Shown: positions 40,134 through 52,389 of the stretch, one piece after another
Layout: the number at the start of each line of letters is the position of its first letter
How positions within the stretch are numbered: the stretch's first letter is position 1
Source: Escherichia coli
GTDB lineage: Bacteria > Pseudomonadota > Gammaproteobacteria > Enterobacterales > Enterobacteriaceae
NCBI RefSeq assembly: GCF_003018255.1
Contig: NZ_CP027440.1
Strand: one strand, 5' to 3'
Length of the DNA: 64,000 nucleotides
The notes under the pieces: model-generated
Told to the model about the DNA's origin: nothing
Seen by the model: the letters and a program-made list of their open reading frames with translations, nothing else
Database searches by the model: none
Program-made: the position numbers and the translations under genes

Positions 40134-41015
40134 ATGCCTTGGATCCAACTGAAACTGAACACCACCGGCGCGAACGCGGAAGATCTTAGCGATGCGCTGA
40201 TGGAAGCGGGTGCCGTTTCTATCACTTTTCAGGATACCCACGATACGCCTGTGTTTGAGCCGCTGCCGGGCGAAACGCGCCTGTGGGGCGACACCGATGT
40301 GATTGGTCTGTTCGACGCTGAAACCGATATGAACGACGTGGTGGCGATTCTGGAAAACCATCCGCTGCTCGGCGCGGGCTTCGCGCATAAAATCGAACAA
40401 CTGGAAGATAAAGACTGGGAGCGCGAATGGATGGATAATTTCCACCCGATGCGCTTTGGTGAACGGCTGTGGATCTGCCCAAGCTGGCGTGATGTGCCGG
40501 ACGAAAACGCCGTCAACGTGATGTTAGATCCAGGGCTGGCGTTTGGTACGGGTACCCATCCAACTACCTCTCTGTGCCTGCAGTGGCTCGACAGCCTCGA
40601 TTTAACCGGTAAAACAGTCATCGACTTTGGCTGCGGTTCCGGCATTCTGGCTATCGCGGCGCTGAAACTGGGTGCAGCAAAAGCCATTGGTATTGATATT
40701 GATCCGCAGGCGATTCAGGCCAGCCGCGACAACGCGGAACGTAATGGCGTCTCTGACCGTCTGGAACTCTACTTACCGAAAGATCAGCCAGAAGAAATGA
40801 AAGCCGACGTGGTGGTCGCTAACATCCTTGCAGGCCCATTACGTGAACTGGCACCGTTAATCAGCGTCCTGCCAGTTTCAGGCGGTTTGCTGGGCCTTTC
40901 CGGTATTCTGGCAAGCCAGGCAGAGAGCGTTTGCGAAGCTTATGCCGACAGCTTCGCTCTGGACCCGGTCGTGGAAAAAGAAGAGTGGTGCCGCATTACC
41001 GGTCGTAAGAATTAA
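40134..41015 (+). CDS. prmA: Ribosomal protein L11 methyltransferase
   Basis: 293-aa ORF matches E. coli PrmA. Confidence 0.9.
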
Positions 41016-41276
41016 CCTTCGCATCGCCGTAGGGTGACGCAGAGCGAAGTGCGAGCGATGTCACAAAAGGCACGTTAATTTGCCGATTATTTACGCAAAT
41101 TTGCGTGCCAAAATTTTCATTCATAAAGAAAAATTGAGAACTTACTCAAATTTCTTGGAGTGTAAATTTTAGTCACTATTTTCTAATATGATGATTTTTA
41201 TGAGTAATTATCGCGCCACGCTCATTTTAAATGCAATTCTTTGATCCATCTCAGAGGATTGGTCAAAGTTTGGCCT

Positions 41277-41304
41277 TTCATCTCGTGCAAAAAATGCGTA
41301 ATAT
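41277..41304 (+). promoter_or_regulatory. dusB-fis promoter (-35 TTCATC, -10 TAATAT, GC-rich discriminator)
   Basis: Hexamers and discriminator ACGCCGCC read in sequence; A/T-rich Fis/IHF-binding region lies upstream (41100..41270). Confidence 0.55.
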
Positions 41305-41343
41305 ACGCCGCCTTGCAGTCACAGTATGGTCATTTCTTAACTC

Positions 41344-42309
41344 ATGCGCATCGGACAATATCAGCTCAGAAATCGCCTGATCGCAGCGCCCATGGCTGGC
41401 ATTACAGACAGACCTTTTCGGACGTTGTGCTACGAGATGGGAGCCGGATTGACAGTATCCGAGATGATGTCTTCTAACCCTCAGGTTTGGGAAAGCGACA
41501 AATCTCGTTTACGGATGGTGCACATTGATGAACCCGGTATTCGCACCGTGCAAATTGCTGGTAGCGATCCGAAAGAAATGGCAGATGCAGCACGTATTAA
41601 CGTGGAAAGCGGTGCCCAGATTATTGATATCAATATGGGTTGCCCGGCTAAAAAAGTGAATCGCAAGCTCGCAGGTTCAGCCCTCTTGCAGTACCCGGAT
41701 GTCGTTAAATCGATCCTTACCGAGGTCGTCAATGCAGTGGACGTTCCTGTTACCCTGAAAATTCGCACTGGCTGGGCACCGGAACACCGTAACTGCGAAG
41801 AGATTGCCCAACTGGCTGAAGACTGTGGCATTCAGGCTCTGACCATTCATGGCCGTACACGCGCCTGTTTGTTCAATGGAGAAGCTGAGTACGACAGTAT
41901 TCGGGCAGTTAAGCAGAAAGTTTCCATTCCGGTTATCGCGAATGGCGACATTACTGACCCGCTTAAAGCCAGAGCTGTGCTCGACTATACAGGGGCGGAT
42001 GCCCTGATGATAGGCCGCGCAGCTCAGGGAAGACCCTGGATCTTTCGGGAAATCCAGCATTATCTGGACACTGGGGAGTTGCTGCCCCCGCTGCCTTTGG
42101 CAGAGGTTAAGCGCTTGCTTTGCGCGCACGTTCGGGAACTGCATGACTTTTATGGTCCGGCAAAAGGGTACCGAATTGCACGTAAACACGTTTCCTGGTA
42201 TCTCCAGGAACACGCTCCAAATGACCAGTTTCGGCGCACATTCAACGCTATTGAGGATGCCAGCGAACAGCTGGAGGCGTTGGAGGCATACTTCGAAAAT
42301 TTTGCGTAA
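41344..42309 (+). CDS. dusB: tRNA-dihydrouridine synthase B
   Basis: 321-aa ORF matches E. coli DusB. Confidence 0.9.
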   Translation: MRIGQYQLRNRLIAAPMAGITDRPFRTLCYEMGAGLTVSEMMSSNPQVWESDKSRLRMVHIDEPGIRTVQIAGSDPKEMADAARINVESGAQIIDINMGCPAKKVNRKLAGSALLQYPDVVKSILTEVVNAVDVPVTLKIRTGWAPEHRNCEEIAQLAEDCGIQALTIHGRTRACLFNGEAEYDSIRAVKQKVSIPVIANGDITDPLKARAVLDYTGADALMIGRAAQGRPWIFREIQHYLDTGELLPPLPLAEVKRLLCAHVRELHDFYGPAKGYRIARKHVSWYLQEHAPNDQFRRTFNAIEDASEQLEALEAYFENFA

Positions 42310-42334
42310 ACAGAAATAAAGAGCTGACAGAACT

Positions 42335-42631
42335 ATGTTCGAACAACGCGTAAATTCTGACGTACTGACCGTTTCTACCGTTAACTCTCAGGATCAGGTA
42401 ACCCAAAAACCCCTGCGTGACTCGGTTAAACAGGCACTGAAGAACTATTTTGCTCAACTGAATGGTCAGGATGTGAATGACCTCTATGAGCTGGTACTGG
42501 CTGAAGTAGAACAGCCCCTGTTGGACATGGTGATGCAATACACCCGTGGTAACCAGACCCGTGCTGCGCTGATGATGGGCATCAACCGTGGTACGCTGCG
42601 TAAAAAATTGAAAAAATACGGCATGAACTAA
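42335..42631 (+). CDS. fis: Nucleoid-associated protein Fis
   Basis: 98-aa ORF identical in form to E. coli Fis. Confidence 0.97.
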
Positions 42632-42655
42632 TTCAGGTTAGCTAAATGCTTGATT

Positions 42656-42692
42656 AAAAAGGCGCTACTCGGCATGGGGAAGCGCCTTTTTT
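42656..42692 (+). terminator. Intrinsic terminator after fis
   Basis: GGCGCT...AGCGCC hairpin followed by TTTTTT. Confidence 0.7.
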
Positions 42693-42716
42693 ATAGGTGT
42701 CACAAAGGGAGTGACC

Positions 42717-43601
42717 ATGAGAACAGGATGTGAACCGACCCGATTTGGTAATGAAGCAAAGACCATCATCCAGGGTGATGCATTAACCGAACTTAAAAAG
42801 ATCCCCGCCGAAAGTGTAGATCTGATCTTTGCCGACCCACCGTATAACATCGGTAAAAATTTTGATGGTCTGATCGAAGCCTGGAAAGAAGATCTGTTTA
42901 TCGACTGGCTGTTTGAAGTGATTGCAGAGTGCCACCGCGTTCTGAAAAAGCAGGGCAGCATGTACATCATGAACAGCACGGAAAACATGCCCTTTATCGA
43001 TCTCCAGTGCCGCAAGCTTTTTACCATCAAAAGTCGCATCGTCTGGTCATATGACAGTTCTGGAGTGCAGGCGAAAAAACACTACGGCTCCATGTACGAA
43101 CCCATCCTGATGATGGTGAAAGACGCAAAGAACTACACGTTCAACGGTGATGCTATTCTGGTAGAAGCCAAAACCGGATCGCAGCGCGCGTTGATCGATT
43201 ATCGCAAAAATCCTCCACAGCCTTACAATCATCAAAAAGTACCGGGTAACGTCTGGGATTTTCCGCGCGTGCGTTATTTGATGGATGAATATGAGAATCA
43301 CCCGACGCAAAAACCGGAAGCCTTACTGAAACACATTATTCTCGCCTCTTCCAACCCAGGCGATATCGTTCTCGACCCGTTTGCCGGTAGCTTTACTACC
43401 GGTGCCGTAGCCGTCGCCAGTGGGCGAAAATTCATTGGTATTGAGATCAACAGCGAGTACATCAAAATGGGGCTTCGACGGCTGGATGTCGCGTCGCATT
43501 ACTCTGCGGAAGAACTGGCGAAAGTGAAAAAAAGAAAGACCGGCAACCTGTCAAAACGAAGCAGGTTAAGCGAAGTTGACCCCGATCTCATTGCAAAGTA
43601 A
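42717..43601 (+). CDS. yhdJ: Orphan DNA adenine (N6) methyltransferase YhdJ
   Basis: Trimmed to ATG at 42717 giving MRTGCEPTRFG...; DPPY motif (FADPPYNIG). Confidence 0.9.
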   Translation: MRTGCEPTRFGNEAKTIIQGDALTELKKIPAESVDLIFADPPYNIGKNFDGLIEAWKEDLFIDWLFEVIAECHRVLKKQGSMYIMNSTENMPFIDLQCRKLFTIKSRIVWSYDSSGVQAKKHYGSMYEPILMMVKDAKNYTFNGDAILVEAKTGSQRALIDYRKNPPQPYNHQKVPGNVWDFPRVRYLMDEYENHPTQKPEALLKHIILASSNPGDIVLDPFAGSFTTGAVAVASGRKFIGIEINSEYIKMGLRRLDVASHYSAEELAKVKKRKTGNLSKRSRLSEVDPDLIAK

Positions 43602-43684
43602 AGGAAGTGTAAGCCTGGTTTTCAGATTATTCATTTCGTGTATATTTCCTGCCAGACTTGGTTAAACATGCACAGGCTCAGGTA

Positions 43685-43864
43685 ATGATTCGCAAGTATT
43701 GGTGGCTCGTCGTTTTCGCTGTCTTCGTTTTTCTGTTTGATACTTTACTGATGCAGTGGATTGAACTGCTGGCAACAGAAACAGACAAATGCCGCAATAT
43801 GAACTCAGTTAATCCACTAAAACTGGTTAACTGTGACGAACTGAATTTTCACGACAGAATGTGA
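43685..43864 (+). CDS. yhdU: Small membrane protein YhdU
   Basis: Trimmed to MIRKYWWLVVFAVFVF... (59 aa). Confidence 0.65.
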   Translation: MIRKYWWLVVFAVFVFLFDTLLMQWIELLATETDKCRNMNSVNPLKLVNCDELNFHDRM

Positions 43865-43866
43865 AT

Positions 43867-44529
43867 TTATATGACACTTAATTCATTCGTTTGATGAATT
43901 AATTTCGTTATGTTTTCATCTGGCATGAACATTCTTAATACGTTATCGACCAGAGCGGGGGCTTGTTTATAAAGATCATAACCCGCCATATTCATTAACC
44001 AGTTTTGAACAATTCCGCTGAAGGCACCATCAATAATAATCATCACAACATCTAAATCGAGATTATTTGCTATACAACCTTGTTGCTGACACGCCTGCAA
44101 TACTTCGCGGAGAGTCTGCGGATTAAAGCCCATCTTTTCGCGTATCACTCCCTCGGCCAGCATCTCATCATTAAATTCACATTTGTGATATAAGATTTTC
44201 AGCAACGCCTGCTGGCGGGGAATTTTGGCAATATATTGCAAACCGACAATCAATTTTTCACGCAATTGCTGAAACGGGTCATGCTCTAACCCAGCGGTCA
44301 AGTGATCCTGGATTAACTCCCGCAATGAAGGCTGTTGCAACCACATCTCATTAAACAGTTGAGTCTTGTTCTCGAAGTGCCAGTAGATAGCGCCACGCGT
44401 AACGTTAGCAGCGTCGGCAATGTCGTTGAGCGTCGTCTTGCTTACGCCATGCTGCGCAAACTGGGCGATGGCAGTTTCAATCAGTTCTTGCCGGGTCTTC
44501 AGGGCTTCAGCTTTGGTTCTTTTTGCCAT
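43867..44529 (-). CDS. acrS: TetR-family repressor AcrS (EnvR)
   Basis: 220-aa ORF, divergent from acrEF. Confidence 0.9.
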   Translation of the reverse strand: MAKRTKAEALKTRQELIETAIAQFAQHGVSKTTLNDIADAANVTRGAIYWHFENKTQLFNEMWLQQPSLRELIQDHLTAGLEHDPFQQLREKLIVGLQYIAKIPRQQALLKILYHKCEFNDEMLAEGVIREKMGFNPQTLREVLQACQQQGCIANNLDLDVVMIIIDGAFSGIVQNWLMNMAGYDLYKQAPALVDNVLRMFMPDENITKLIHQTNELSVI

Positions 44530-44927
44530 GATTAATTATTCAGGAAATAAATATATTCGACACAGGATGAGAAAATAGAGAAGGTTAATCTATCACCTAA
44601 TGTGTATTTATACGAGAGGCTAATATTGCGTTGCTATAAATCGTCAAATAAATGATATGTATTATTTACATAAAATACATTCACTTGGCCTATACATATT
44701 TCAATTTACGAGATTTTAATTCTACCTCTTTCATTCCGCGTCAAAACAAAACAGTAGAATATTAATCTTTTTTTGTGTTTATGTGCCTTGAGTTGCCAGT
44801 ATTCATAACTATTCCTTACATCGACGAATGATAATTTGTAGGATAGCGAACTGTATTTTTCTTTCTGCGAGTTAACGCATTGCCTTTTTGGGCAAATAAC
44901 GCGCTTTTGGTTTTTTGAGGAATAGTA

Positions 44928-46085
44928 ATGACGAAACATGCCAGGTTTTTCCTCCTGCCCTCCTTTATTCTGATCTCCGCGGCTTTAATCGCCGGTTGTA
45001 ACGATAAGGGAGAAGAGAAAGCTCACGTCGGTGAACCGCAGGTTACCGTTCATATTGTGAAAACGGCCCCGTTAGAAGTTAAGACTGAATTACCAGGCCG
45101 CACCAATGCTTACCGTATAGCCGAAGTTCGCCCACAGGTTAGCGGGATCGTACTGAATCGCAATTTCACTGAAGGCAGCGATGTGCAAGCAGGCCAGTCC
45201 CTGTACCAGATCGATCCCGCGACCTATCAGGCAAGTTATGACAGCGCGAAAGGCGAACTGGCGAAAAGTGAAGCCGCCGCCGCCATCGCGCATTTGACGG
45301 TAAAACGTTACGTTCCGCTCGTGGGTACGAAATACATCAGTCAGCAGGAGTACGACCAGGCCATTGCTGATGCTCGCCAGGCCGATGCCGCCGTGATTGC
45401 CGCAAAAGCCACAGTCGAAAGCGCTCGCATCAATCTCGCTTATACCAAAGTGACTGCGCCAATTAGCGGACGTATCGGCAAATCGACTGTGACCGAAGGC
45501 GCTCTTGTCACTAATGGGCAAACGACCGAACTGGCGACTGTCCAGCAGCTCGATCCTATCTACGTTGATGTGACCCAATCCAGCAACGATTTTATGAGGC
45601 TGAAGCAATCCGTAGAGCAAGGAAATCTGCATAAGGAAAACGCCGCCAGCAACGTAGAGTTGGTCATGGAGAACGGTCAAACCTATCCCCTGAAAGGTAC
45701 GCTGCAATTCTCCGATGTTACCGTTGATGAAAGCACCGGCTCCATAACCCTACGTGCCGTCATCCCTAACCCGCAACATACGCTTTTGCCGGGTATGTTT
45801 GTGCGCGCACGGATTGATGAAGGCGTCCAACCTGACGCCATTCTTATCCCGCAACAAGGCGTTAGCCGCACACCACGTGGTGATGCAACCGTGCTGATTG
45901 TTAACAATAAAAGCCAGGTTGAAGCGCGCCCTGTCGTTGCCAGTCAGGCGATTGGCGATAAATGGTTGATTAGCGAAGGTCTGAAATCTGGCGATCAAGT
46001 CATTGTCAGCGGCCTGCAAAAAGCGCGTCCGGGAGAGCAGGTTAAAGCCACTACCGATACCCCCGCAGATACTGCATCGAAGTAA
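44928..46085 (+). CDS. acrE: RND efflux membrane-fusion lipoprotein AcrE
   Basis: 385-aa ORF with lipobox LIAGC. Confidence 0.9.
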   Translation: MTKHARFFLLPSFILISAALIAGCNDKGEEKAHVGEPQVTVHIVKTAPLEVKTELPGRTNAYRIAEVRPQVSGIVLNRNFTEGSDVQAGQSLYQIDPATYQASYDSAKGELAKSEAAAAIAHLTVKRYVPLVGTKYISQQEYDQAIADARQADAAVIAAKATVESARINLAYTKVTAPISGRIGKSTVTEGALVTNGQTTELATVQQLDPIYVDVTQSSNDFMRLKQSVEQGNLHKENAASNVELVMENGQTYPLKGTLQFSDVTVDESTGSITLRAVIPNPQHTLLPGMFVRARIDEGVQPDAILIPQQGVSRTPRGDATVLIVNNKSQVEARPVVASQAIGDKWLISEGLKSGDQVIVSGLQKARPGEQVKATTDTPADTASK

Positions 46086-46096
46086 GGCAATCTGAC

Positions 46097-49000
46097 ATGG
46101 CAAACTTTTTTATTCGACGACCGACATTTGCATGGGTGCTGGCCATTATTCTGATGATGGCGGGCGCACTGGCGATCCTACAATTGCCCGTCGCCCAGTA
46201 TCCAACCATTGCGCCGCCTGCGGTTTCTGTTTCGGCAAACTATCCGGGTGCTGATGCGCAGACCGTGCAGGATACGGTGACGCAGGTTATCGAACAGAAT
46301 ATGAACGGTATCGATAACCTGATGTATATGTCCTCCACCAGCGATTCCGCCGGTAGCGTGACAATTACCCTTACTTTCCAGTCCGGGACCGATCCTGATA
46401 TCGCGCAAGTGCAGGTGCAGAACAAACTCCAGCTCGCCACGCCGTTGCTGCCGCAGGAGGTTCAGCAGCAGGGGATCAGTGTTGAAAAGTCCAGTAGCAG
46501 CTATTTGATGGTGGCGGGCTTTGTCTCTGATAACCCAGGCACCACACAGGACGATATCTCGGACTATGTGGCCTCTAACGTTAAAGATACGCTTAGCCGT
46601 CTGAATGGCGTCGGTGACGTACAGCTTTTCGGCGCACAGTATGCGATGCGTATCTGGTTGGACGCCGATCTGCTAAACAAATATAAACTGACGCCGGTTG
46701 ATGTGATTAACCAGTTGAAGGTACAGAACGATCAGATCGCTGCCGGACAGTTGGGCGGAACGCCAGCGTTACCAGGGCAACAGTTGAACGCCTCGATTAT
46801 TGCTCAGACGCGGTTAAAAAATCCGGAAGAATTCGGCAAAGTGACCCTGCGCGTAAACAGTGACGGCTCGGTGGTGCGTCTGAAAGATGTCGCACGGGTT
46901 GAACTTGGCGGTGAAAACTATAACGTTATCGCTCGCATCAACGGAAAACCGGCGGCGGGCCTGGGTATTAAGCTGGCAACCGGCGCAAATGCTCTCGATA
47001 CCGCGAAAGCCATTAAGGCAAAACTGGCGGAATTACAGCCATTCTTCCCGCAGGGAATGAAGGTTCTCTACCCTTATGACACCACGCCATTCGTCCAGCT
47101 TTCTATTCACGAAGTGGTAAAAACGCTGTTCGAAGCTATTATCCTGGTATTCCTGGTGATGTATCTGTTCTTGCAGAATATGCGAGCAACGCTGATCCCC
47201 ACCATTGCGGTACCCGTGGTGTTGTTAGGGACGTTTGCCATCCTCGCCGCTTTTGGTTACTCCATCAATACACTAACGATGTTCGGGATGGTGCTTGCCA
47301 TCGGGCTGCTCGTCGATGATGCGATAGTAGTGGTGGAGAACGTCGAGCGCGTGATGATGGAGGATAAGCTCCCGCCAAAAGAAGCGACGGAAAAATCAAT
47401 GTCGCAAATCCAGGGCGCACTGGTGGGTATCGCGATGGTGCTGTCAGCGGTATTTATTCCAATGGCATTCTTCGGCGGTTCTACTGGGGCAATTTACCGC
47501 CAGTTCTCTATCACCATCGTTTCGGCAATGGCGCTTTCTGTTCTGGTGGCATTGATTCTTACCCCAGCGTTATGTGCAACACTGCTCAAACCCGTCTCTG
47601 CTGAGCATCACGAAAATAAGGGCGGTTTCTTCGGCTGGTTTAATACCACCTTCGATCATAGCGTTAACCACTACACCAACAGCGTCGGCAAAATCCTCGG
47701 TTCCACAGGACGATATTTACTGATCTATGCACTAATTGTTGCTGGAATGGTGGTGTTGTTTTTACGTCTTCCGTCTTCCTTCTTACCTGAAGAGGATCAG
47801 GGTGTCTTTCTGACTATGATTCAGTTACCCGCTGGCGCGACGCAAGAGCGGACGCAAAAAGTGTTGGATCAAGTGACGGATTACTATCTGAAGAACGAAA
47901 AAGCGAACGTTGAAAGTGTCTTTACGGTTAACGGTTTTAGCTTCAGCGGCCAGGCACAAAACGCCGGTATGGCCTTCGTCAGTCTGAAACCGTGGGAAGA
48001 GCGTAATGGTGACGAAAACAGTGCGGAAGCGGTAATCCATCGTGCCAAAATGGAGTTGGGCAAGATCCGCGACGGTTTTGTCATTCCATTCAATATGCCA
48101 GCCATTGTTGAACTGGGCACGGCAACGGGTTTCGACTTTGAGTTAATTGATCAGGCTGGGCTGGGTCATGATGCCCTGACCCAGGCCCGTAACCAGTTGC
48201 TTGGCATGGCGGCGCAACATCCTGCCAGCTTAGTCAGCGTGCGTCCTAATGGTCTGGAAGACACCGCGCAGTTTAAACTGGAAGTTGACCAGGAAAAGGC
48301 GCAGGCATTAGGTGTTTCACTTTCTGACATCAATCAGACCATTTCAACAGCGTTGGGTGGGACTTACGTTAACGACTTCATTGACCGTGGTCGCGTAAAA
48401 AAGGTGTATGTTCAGGCGGATGCCAAATTTCGTATGCTGCCAGAAGATGTCGATAAACTTTATGTCCGTAGCGCCAATGGCGAAATGGTGCCATTCTCTG
48501 CCTTTACCACTGCACATTGGGTGTATGGTTCTCCGCGACTGGAGCGCTACAACGGTCTGCCGTCAATGGAGATTCAGGGGGAAGCCGCGCCAGGAACCAG
48601 TTCCGGCGATGCCATGGCGTTGATGGAAAACCTTGCATCACAATTACCAGCTGGTATTGGTTATGACTGGACGGGTATGTCATATCAGGAACGCTTATCG
48701 GGAAACCAGGCTCCCGCTCTGGTAGCAATTTCCTTTGTGGTTGTTTTCCTGTGCCTTGCTGCACTCTATGAAAGCTGGTCAATTCCTGTCTCGGTTATGT
48801 TGGTCGTGCCGTTAGGGATTGTCGGCGTGCTCCTGGCGGCGACACTCTTTAATCAAAAAAATGACGTCTACTTTATGGTGGGCTTGCTAACGACAATTGG
48901 CTTGTCGGCTAAAAACGCTATATTGATTGTTGAGTTCGCTAAAGATCTCATGGAGAAAGAGGGTAAAGGTGTTGTTGAAGCGACACTAATGGCAGTACGT

Positions 49001-49201
49001 ATGCGTCTGCGTCCTATCCTGATGACCTCTCTCGCCTTTATTCTCGGCGTATTACCGCTAGCTATCAGTAACGGTGCCGGCAGTGGCGCGCAGAACGCAG
49101 TGGGTATCGGGGTAATGGGCGGGATGGTTTCTGCAACGTTGCTGGCAATCTTCTTCGTGCCGGTGTTCTTTGTGGTGATCCGCCGTTGCTTTAAAGGATA
49201 A
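46097..49201 (+). CDS. acrF: RND efflux transporter AcrF
   Basis: 1034-aa ORF matches E. coli AcrF. Confidence 0.95.
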   Translation: MANFFIRRPTFAWVLAIILMMAGALAILQLPVAQYPTIAPPAVSVSANYPGADAQTVQDTVTQVIEQNMNGIDNLMYMSSTSDSAGSVTITLTFQSGTDPDIAQVQVQNKLQLATPLLPQEVQQQGISVEKSSSSYLMVAGFVSDNPGTTQDDISDYVASNVKDTLSRLNGVGDVQLFGAQYAMRIWLDADLLNKYKLTPVDVINQLKVQNDQIAAGQLGGTPALPGQQLNASIIAQTRLKNPEEFGKVTLRVNSDGSVVRLKDVARVELGGENYNVIARINGKPAAGLGIKLATGANALDTAKAIKAKLAELQPFFPQGMKVLYPYDTTPFVQLSIHEVVKTLFEAIILVFLVMYLFLQNMRATLIPTIAVPVVLLGTFAILAAFGYSINTLTMFGMVLAIGLLVDDAIVVVENVERVMMEDKLPPKEATEKSMSQIQGALVGIAMVLSAVFIPMAFFGGSTGAIYRQFSITIVSAMALSVLVALILTPALCATLLKPVSAEHHENKGGFFGWFNTTFDHSVNHYTNSVGKILGSTGRYLLIYALIVAGMVVLFLRLPSSFLPEEDQGVFLTMIQLPAGATQERTQKVLDQVTDYYLKNEKANVESVFTVNGFSFSGQAQNAGMAFVSLKPWEERNGDENSAEAVIHRAKMELGKIRDGFVIPFNMPAIVELGTATGFDFELIDQAGLGHDALTQARNQLLGMAAQHPASLVSVRPNGLEDTAQFKLEVDQEKAQALGVSLSDINQTISTALGGTYVNDFIDRGRVKKVYVQADAKFRMLPEDVDKLYVRSANGEMVPFSAFTTAHWVYGSPRLERYNGLPSMEIQGEAAPGTSSGDAMALMENLASQLPAGIGYDWTGMSYQERLSGNQAPALVAISFVVVFLCLAALYESWSIPVSVMLVVPLGIVGVLLAATLFNQKNDVYFMVGLLTTIGLSAKNAILIVEFAKDLMEKEGKGVVEATLMAVRMRLRPILMTSLAFILGVLPLAISNGAGSGAQNAVGIGVMGGMVSATLLAIFFVPVFFVVIRRCFKG

Positions 49202-49212
49202 ATCAGAAACAT

Positions 49213-49234
49213 AAAGGCACTTTCGGGTGCCTTT
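49213..49234 (+). terminator. Intrinsic terminator after acrF
   Basis: AAAGGCACtttcgGGTGCCTTT hairpin followed by a T-rich run. Confidence 0.6.
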
Positions 49235-49453
49235 ATTATTTCCAGTGAAACCCATAAAAATTAATAAGATATTCCTCTACTCACTCTTTAAAAACTTTCT
49301 ATAGTTCCCGCTCCCTTCACTATTTTTACAATTCACATAATTTGTCATTATTCATTCCGCAAGATTTATAACCTCCAGTGATAAAATGGCATTCAGCTCG
49401 TTAATAAGAGAGTTAACTTATTAAGCGTTAGCGTTTATTACTGAGGTAACACC

Positions 49454-49675
49454 ATGAAAAGATTAATTCCTGTGGCATTGCTCACCGCATTGCTGGCGGG
49501 CTGTGCTCACGATTCGCCCTGCGTTCCGGTTTATGACGATCAGGGTCGTCTGGTTCACACCAATACCTGTATGAAAGGCACGACTCAGGATAACTGGGAA
49601 ACGGCTGGGGCTATTGCTGGCGGGGCAGCGGCTGTTGCTGGCCTGACGATGGGGATCATCGCGCTGTCGAAATAA
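49454..49675 (+). CDS. yhdV: Small lipoprotein YhdV
   Basis: 73-aa ORF with lipobox LLAGC and Gly/Ala-rich C-terminus. Confidence 0.8.
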   Translation: MKRLIPVALLTALLAGCAHDSPCVPVYDDQGRLVHTNTCMKGTTQDNWETAGAIAGGAAAVAGLTMGIIALSK

Positions 49676-50105
49676 CTGCACAGGGCGCGGAGTACCGCGC
49701 TCTGTTTAACGATACAGTATCTCTCCATAAGATAAAATATTGCTATATTCTTCTGGGTAATTCCCTCCTGATTTAGCATGTTATATCGCGTTATTTCGCT
49801 GCTTTCGAAATAACGCATCGATTTAATTTTCACACTTCCCACCAGAATTATACTCACGCTAACAATCATTATTCTGCTTAGTAAAAAACGCGTAAATATT
49901 TTGCGCCAAAATGTGGCGCATGTTTCATTTTCGCACCATTGCGGGGCGCTGTTTTTATTATTTCCTGTCTACACTCAGCTTATTGCGACGCGAAATCGTG
50001 CGCAAAAGCTGGCACTACTTTTGCTTATAAGAGGATGGCCACAGACAGGTAAAAGACGTTTCCCAAACGTCCTATAACGATAATTTTCGCCTCACAGGAA
50101 GCATT

Positions 50106-51131
50106 ATGAAAAAGATGATGATAGCCACACTGGCTGCCGCCAGCGTGCTGCTTGCCGTTGCAAATCAGGCGCATGCTGGCGCGACGCTTGATGCCGTTCA
50201 GAAAAAAGGGGTTGTGCAATGCGGGATCAGTGATGGATTACCTGGGTTCTCTTATGCCGATGCTGACGGTAAGTTTTCAGGTATTGATGTAGATGTTTGT
50301 CGTGGTGTTGCGGCAGCTGTATTTGGTGACGACACGAAAGTGAAATATACCCCGCTCACTGCAAAAGAACGCTTCACCGCTTTACAGTCAGGGGAGGTGG
50401 ATTTGCTCTCCCGTAATACGACCTGGACTTCATCTCGCGATGCCGGGATGGGAATGGCATTTACCGGCGTCACTTATTACGACGGCATTGGCTTCCTGAC
50501 GCACGATAAAGCGGGACTAAAAAGCGCGAAAGAACTGGATGGCGCTACCGTCTGTATTCAGGCGGGTACTGATACCGAACTCAACGTTGCCGATTACTTT
50601 AAGGCAAACAATATGAAGTACACACCAGTGACTTTCGATCGCTCTGACGAATCAGCGAAGGCACTGGAATCTGGTCGCTGCGATACGCTGGCCTCGGATC
50701 AATCACAACTGTATGCCCTGCGCATCAAATTAAGCAACCCGGCTGAATGGATTGTCTTACCGGAAGTTATCTCTAAAGAACCACTTGGGCCGGTAGTTCG
50801 TCGTGGCGATGATGAATGGTTCTCGATTGTACGCTGGACGCTTTTCGCCATGCTGAATGCTGAAGAGATGGGCATCAATTCCCAGAACGTCGATGAAAAA
50901 GCGGCTAATCCAGCAACACCTGATATGGCACATCTGCTGGGTAAAGAAGGCGATTACGGCAAGGATCTGAAGCTGGATAATAAATGGGCCTTTAACATCA
51001 TCAAACAGGTGGGTAACTACTCGGAAATTTTCGAGCGTAACGTAGGTTCAGAAAGCCCGCTGAAAATTAAACGTGGGCAAAATAATCTCTGGAATAACGG
51101 CGGTATTCAGTACGCGCCGCCCGTGCGTTAA
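50106..51131 (+). CDS. yhdW: Periplasmic substrate-binding protein of a putative polar amino-acid ABC transporter
   Basis: 341-aa ORF with signal peptide; matches E. coli YhdW. Confidence 0.85.
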   Translation: MKKMMIATLAAASVLLAVANQAHAGATLDAVQKKGVVQCGISDGLPGFSYADADGKFSGIDVDVCRGVAAAVFGDDTKVKYTPLTAKERFTALQSGEVDLLSRNTTWTSSRDAGMGMAFTGVTYYDGIGFLTHDKAGLKSAKELDGATVCIQAGTDTELNVADYFKANNMKYTPVTFDRSDESAKALESGRCDTLASDQSQLYALRIKLSNPAEWIVLPEVISKEPLGPVVRRGDDEWFSIVRWTLFAMLNAEEMGINSQNVDEKAANPATPDMAHLLGKEGDYGKDLKLDNKWAFNIIKQVGNYSEIFERNVGSESPLKIKRGQNNLWNNGGIQYAPPVR

Positions 51132-51198
51132 GTCGGTGTGAGGTAACGAGCGTCGCTACGGCGGCGCTCTCTTCAGCGTTATACTTTCCGAGGTTTCT

Positions 51199-52380
51199 AT
51201 GTCTCATCGCCGCTCAACCGTTAAAGGCTCACTCTCCTTTGCCAACCCTACGGTTCGCGCCTGGTTATTCCAGATCTTTGCCGTTGTTGCTGTTGTCGGA
51301 ATTGTTGGTTGGCTATTTCACAACACTGTGACGAATCTCAGTAATCGTGGCATTACTTCAGGTTTTGCCTTTCTGGATCGCGGCGCTGGCTTCGGTATTG
51401 TCCAGCATTTGATCGATTACCAGCAGGGTGATACCTACGGACGCGTTTTCATTGTTGGCTTACTCAATACGCTACTGGTTTCTGCATTGTGTATTGTATT
51501 CGCTTCTGTTCTGGGCTTCTTTATCGGTCTGGCGCGACTTTCGGATAACTGGCTGCTACGAAAGCTTTCCACAATTTATATTGAGATCTTCCGTAATATT
51601 CCGCCGCTGCTGCAAATCTTCTTCTGGTACTTTGCCGTGTTGCGCAATTTGCCCGGACCACGCCAGGCAGTGAGTGCGTTTGATCTGGCCTTTTTGAGCA
51701 ATCGTGGGCTTTATATTCCATCTCCGCAGCTGGGAGACGGATTTATTGCGTTTATCGTGACTGTTGTTATTGCTATAGCCATTTCTGTTGGACTATTCCG
51801 TTTTAATAAAACGTACCAGATAAAGACCGGACAATTGCGCCGAACCTGGCCGGTCGCCGTTATGTTGATCATAGGTTTGCCTTTACTGGCGCAATGGCTT
51901 TTTGGCGCAGCACTACACTGGGATGTTCCAGCCCTACGAGGCTTTAACTTCCGTGGCGGGATGGTTTTAATTCCTGAACTGGCAGCCTTAACGCTGGCGC
52001 TTTCGGTTTATACCTCTGCATTTATCGCCGAGATTATCCGCGCTGGGATCCAGGCAGTGCCTTATGGTCAACATGAAGCGGCACGTTCGCTGGGATTGCC
52101 CAACCCGGTTACGCTACGCCAGGTCATTATTCCCCAGGCACTGCGAGTGATTATTCCGCCGTTAACCAGCCAGTATCTCAACATCGTCAAAAACTCCTCT
52201 CTTGCCGCCGCTATTGGCTATCCCGATATGGTTTCGCTGTTTGCTGGCACCGTGCTGAACCAGACTGGGCAAGCCATCGAGACGATAGCCATGACCATGT
52301 CGGTCTATCTGATTATCAGCCTGACTATCTCGCTGCTGATGAATATCTATAACCGCCGCATCGCGATCGTTGAACGCTAA
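51199..52380 (+). CDS. yhdX: ABC transporter permease
   Basis: 393-aa membrane ORF. Confidence 0.85.
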   Translation: MSHRRSTVKGSLSFANPTVRAWLFQIFAVVAVVGIVGWLFHNTVTNLSNRGITSGFAFLDRGAGFGIVQHLIDYQQGDTYGRVFIVGLLNTLLVSALCIVFASVLGFFIGLARLSDNWLLRKLSTIYIEIFRNIPPLLQIFFWYFAVLRNLPGPRQAVSAFDLAFLSNRGLYIPSPQLGDGFIAFIVTVVIAIAISVGLFRFNKTYQIKTGQLRRTWPVAVMLIIGLPLLAQWLFGAALHWDVPALRGFNFRGGMVLIPELAALTLALSVYTSAFIAEIIRAGIQAVPYGQHEAARSLGLPNPVTLRQVIIPQALRVIIPPLTSQYLNIVKNSSLAAAIGYPDMVSLFAGTVLNQTGQAIETIAMTMSVYLIISLTISLLMNIYNRRIAIVER

Positions 52381-52389
52381 GGAGTCATG

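Noticed and set aside
44706-44939. 77-aa minus-strand ORF overlapping the acrE start and the acrEF promoter
   Set aside because: AT-rich promoter DNA with a Lys/Tyr/Ser-rich low-complexity translation and no ribosome-binding site; probably a chance frame.
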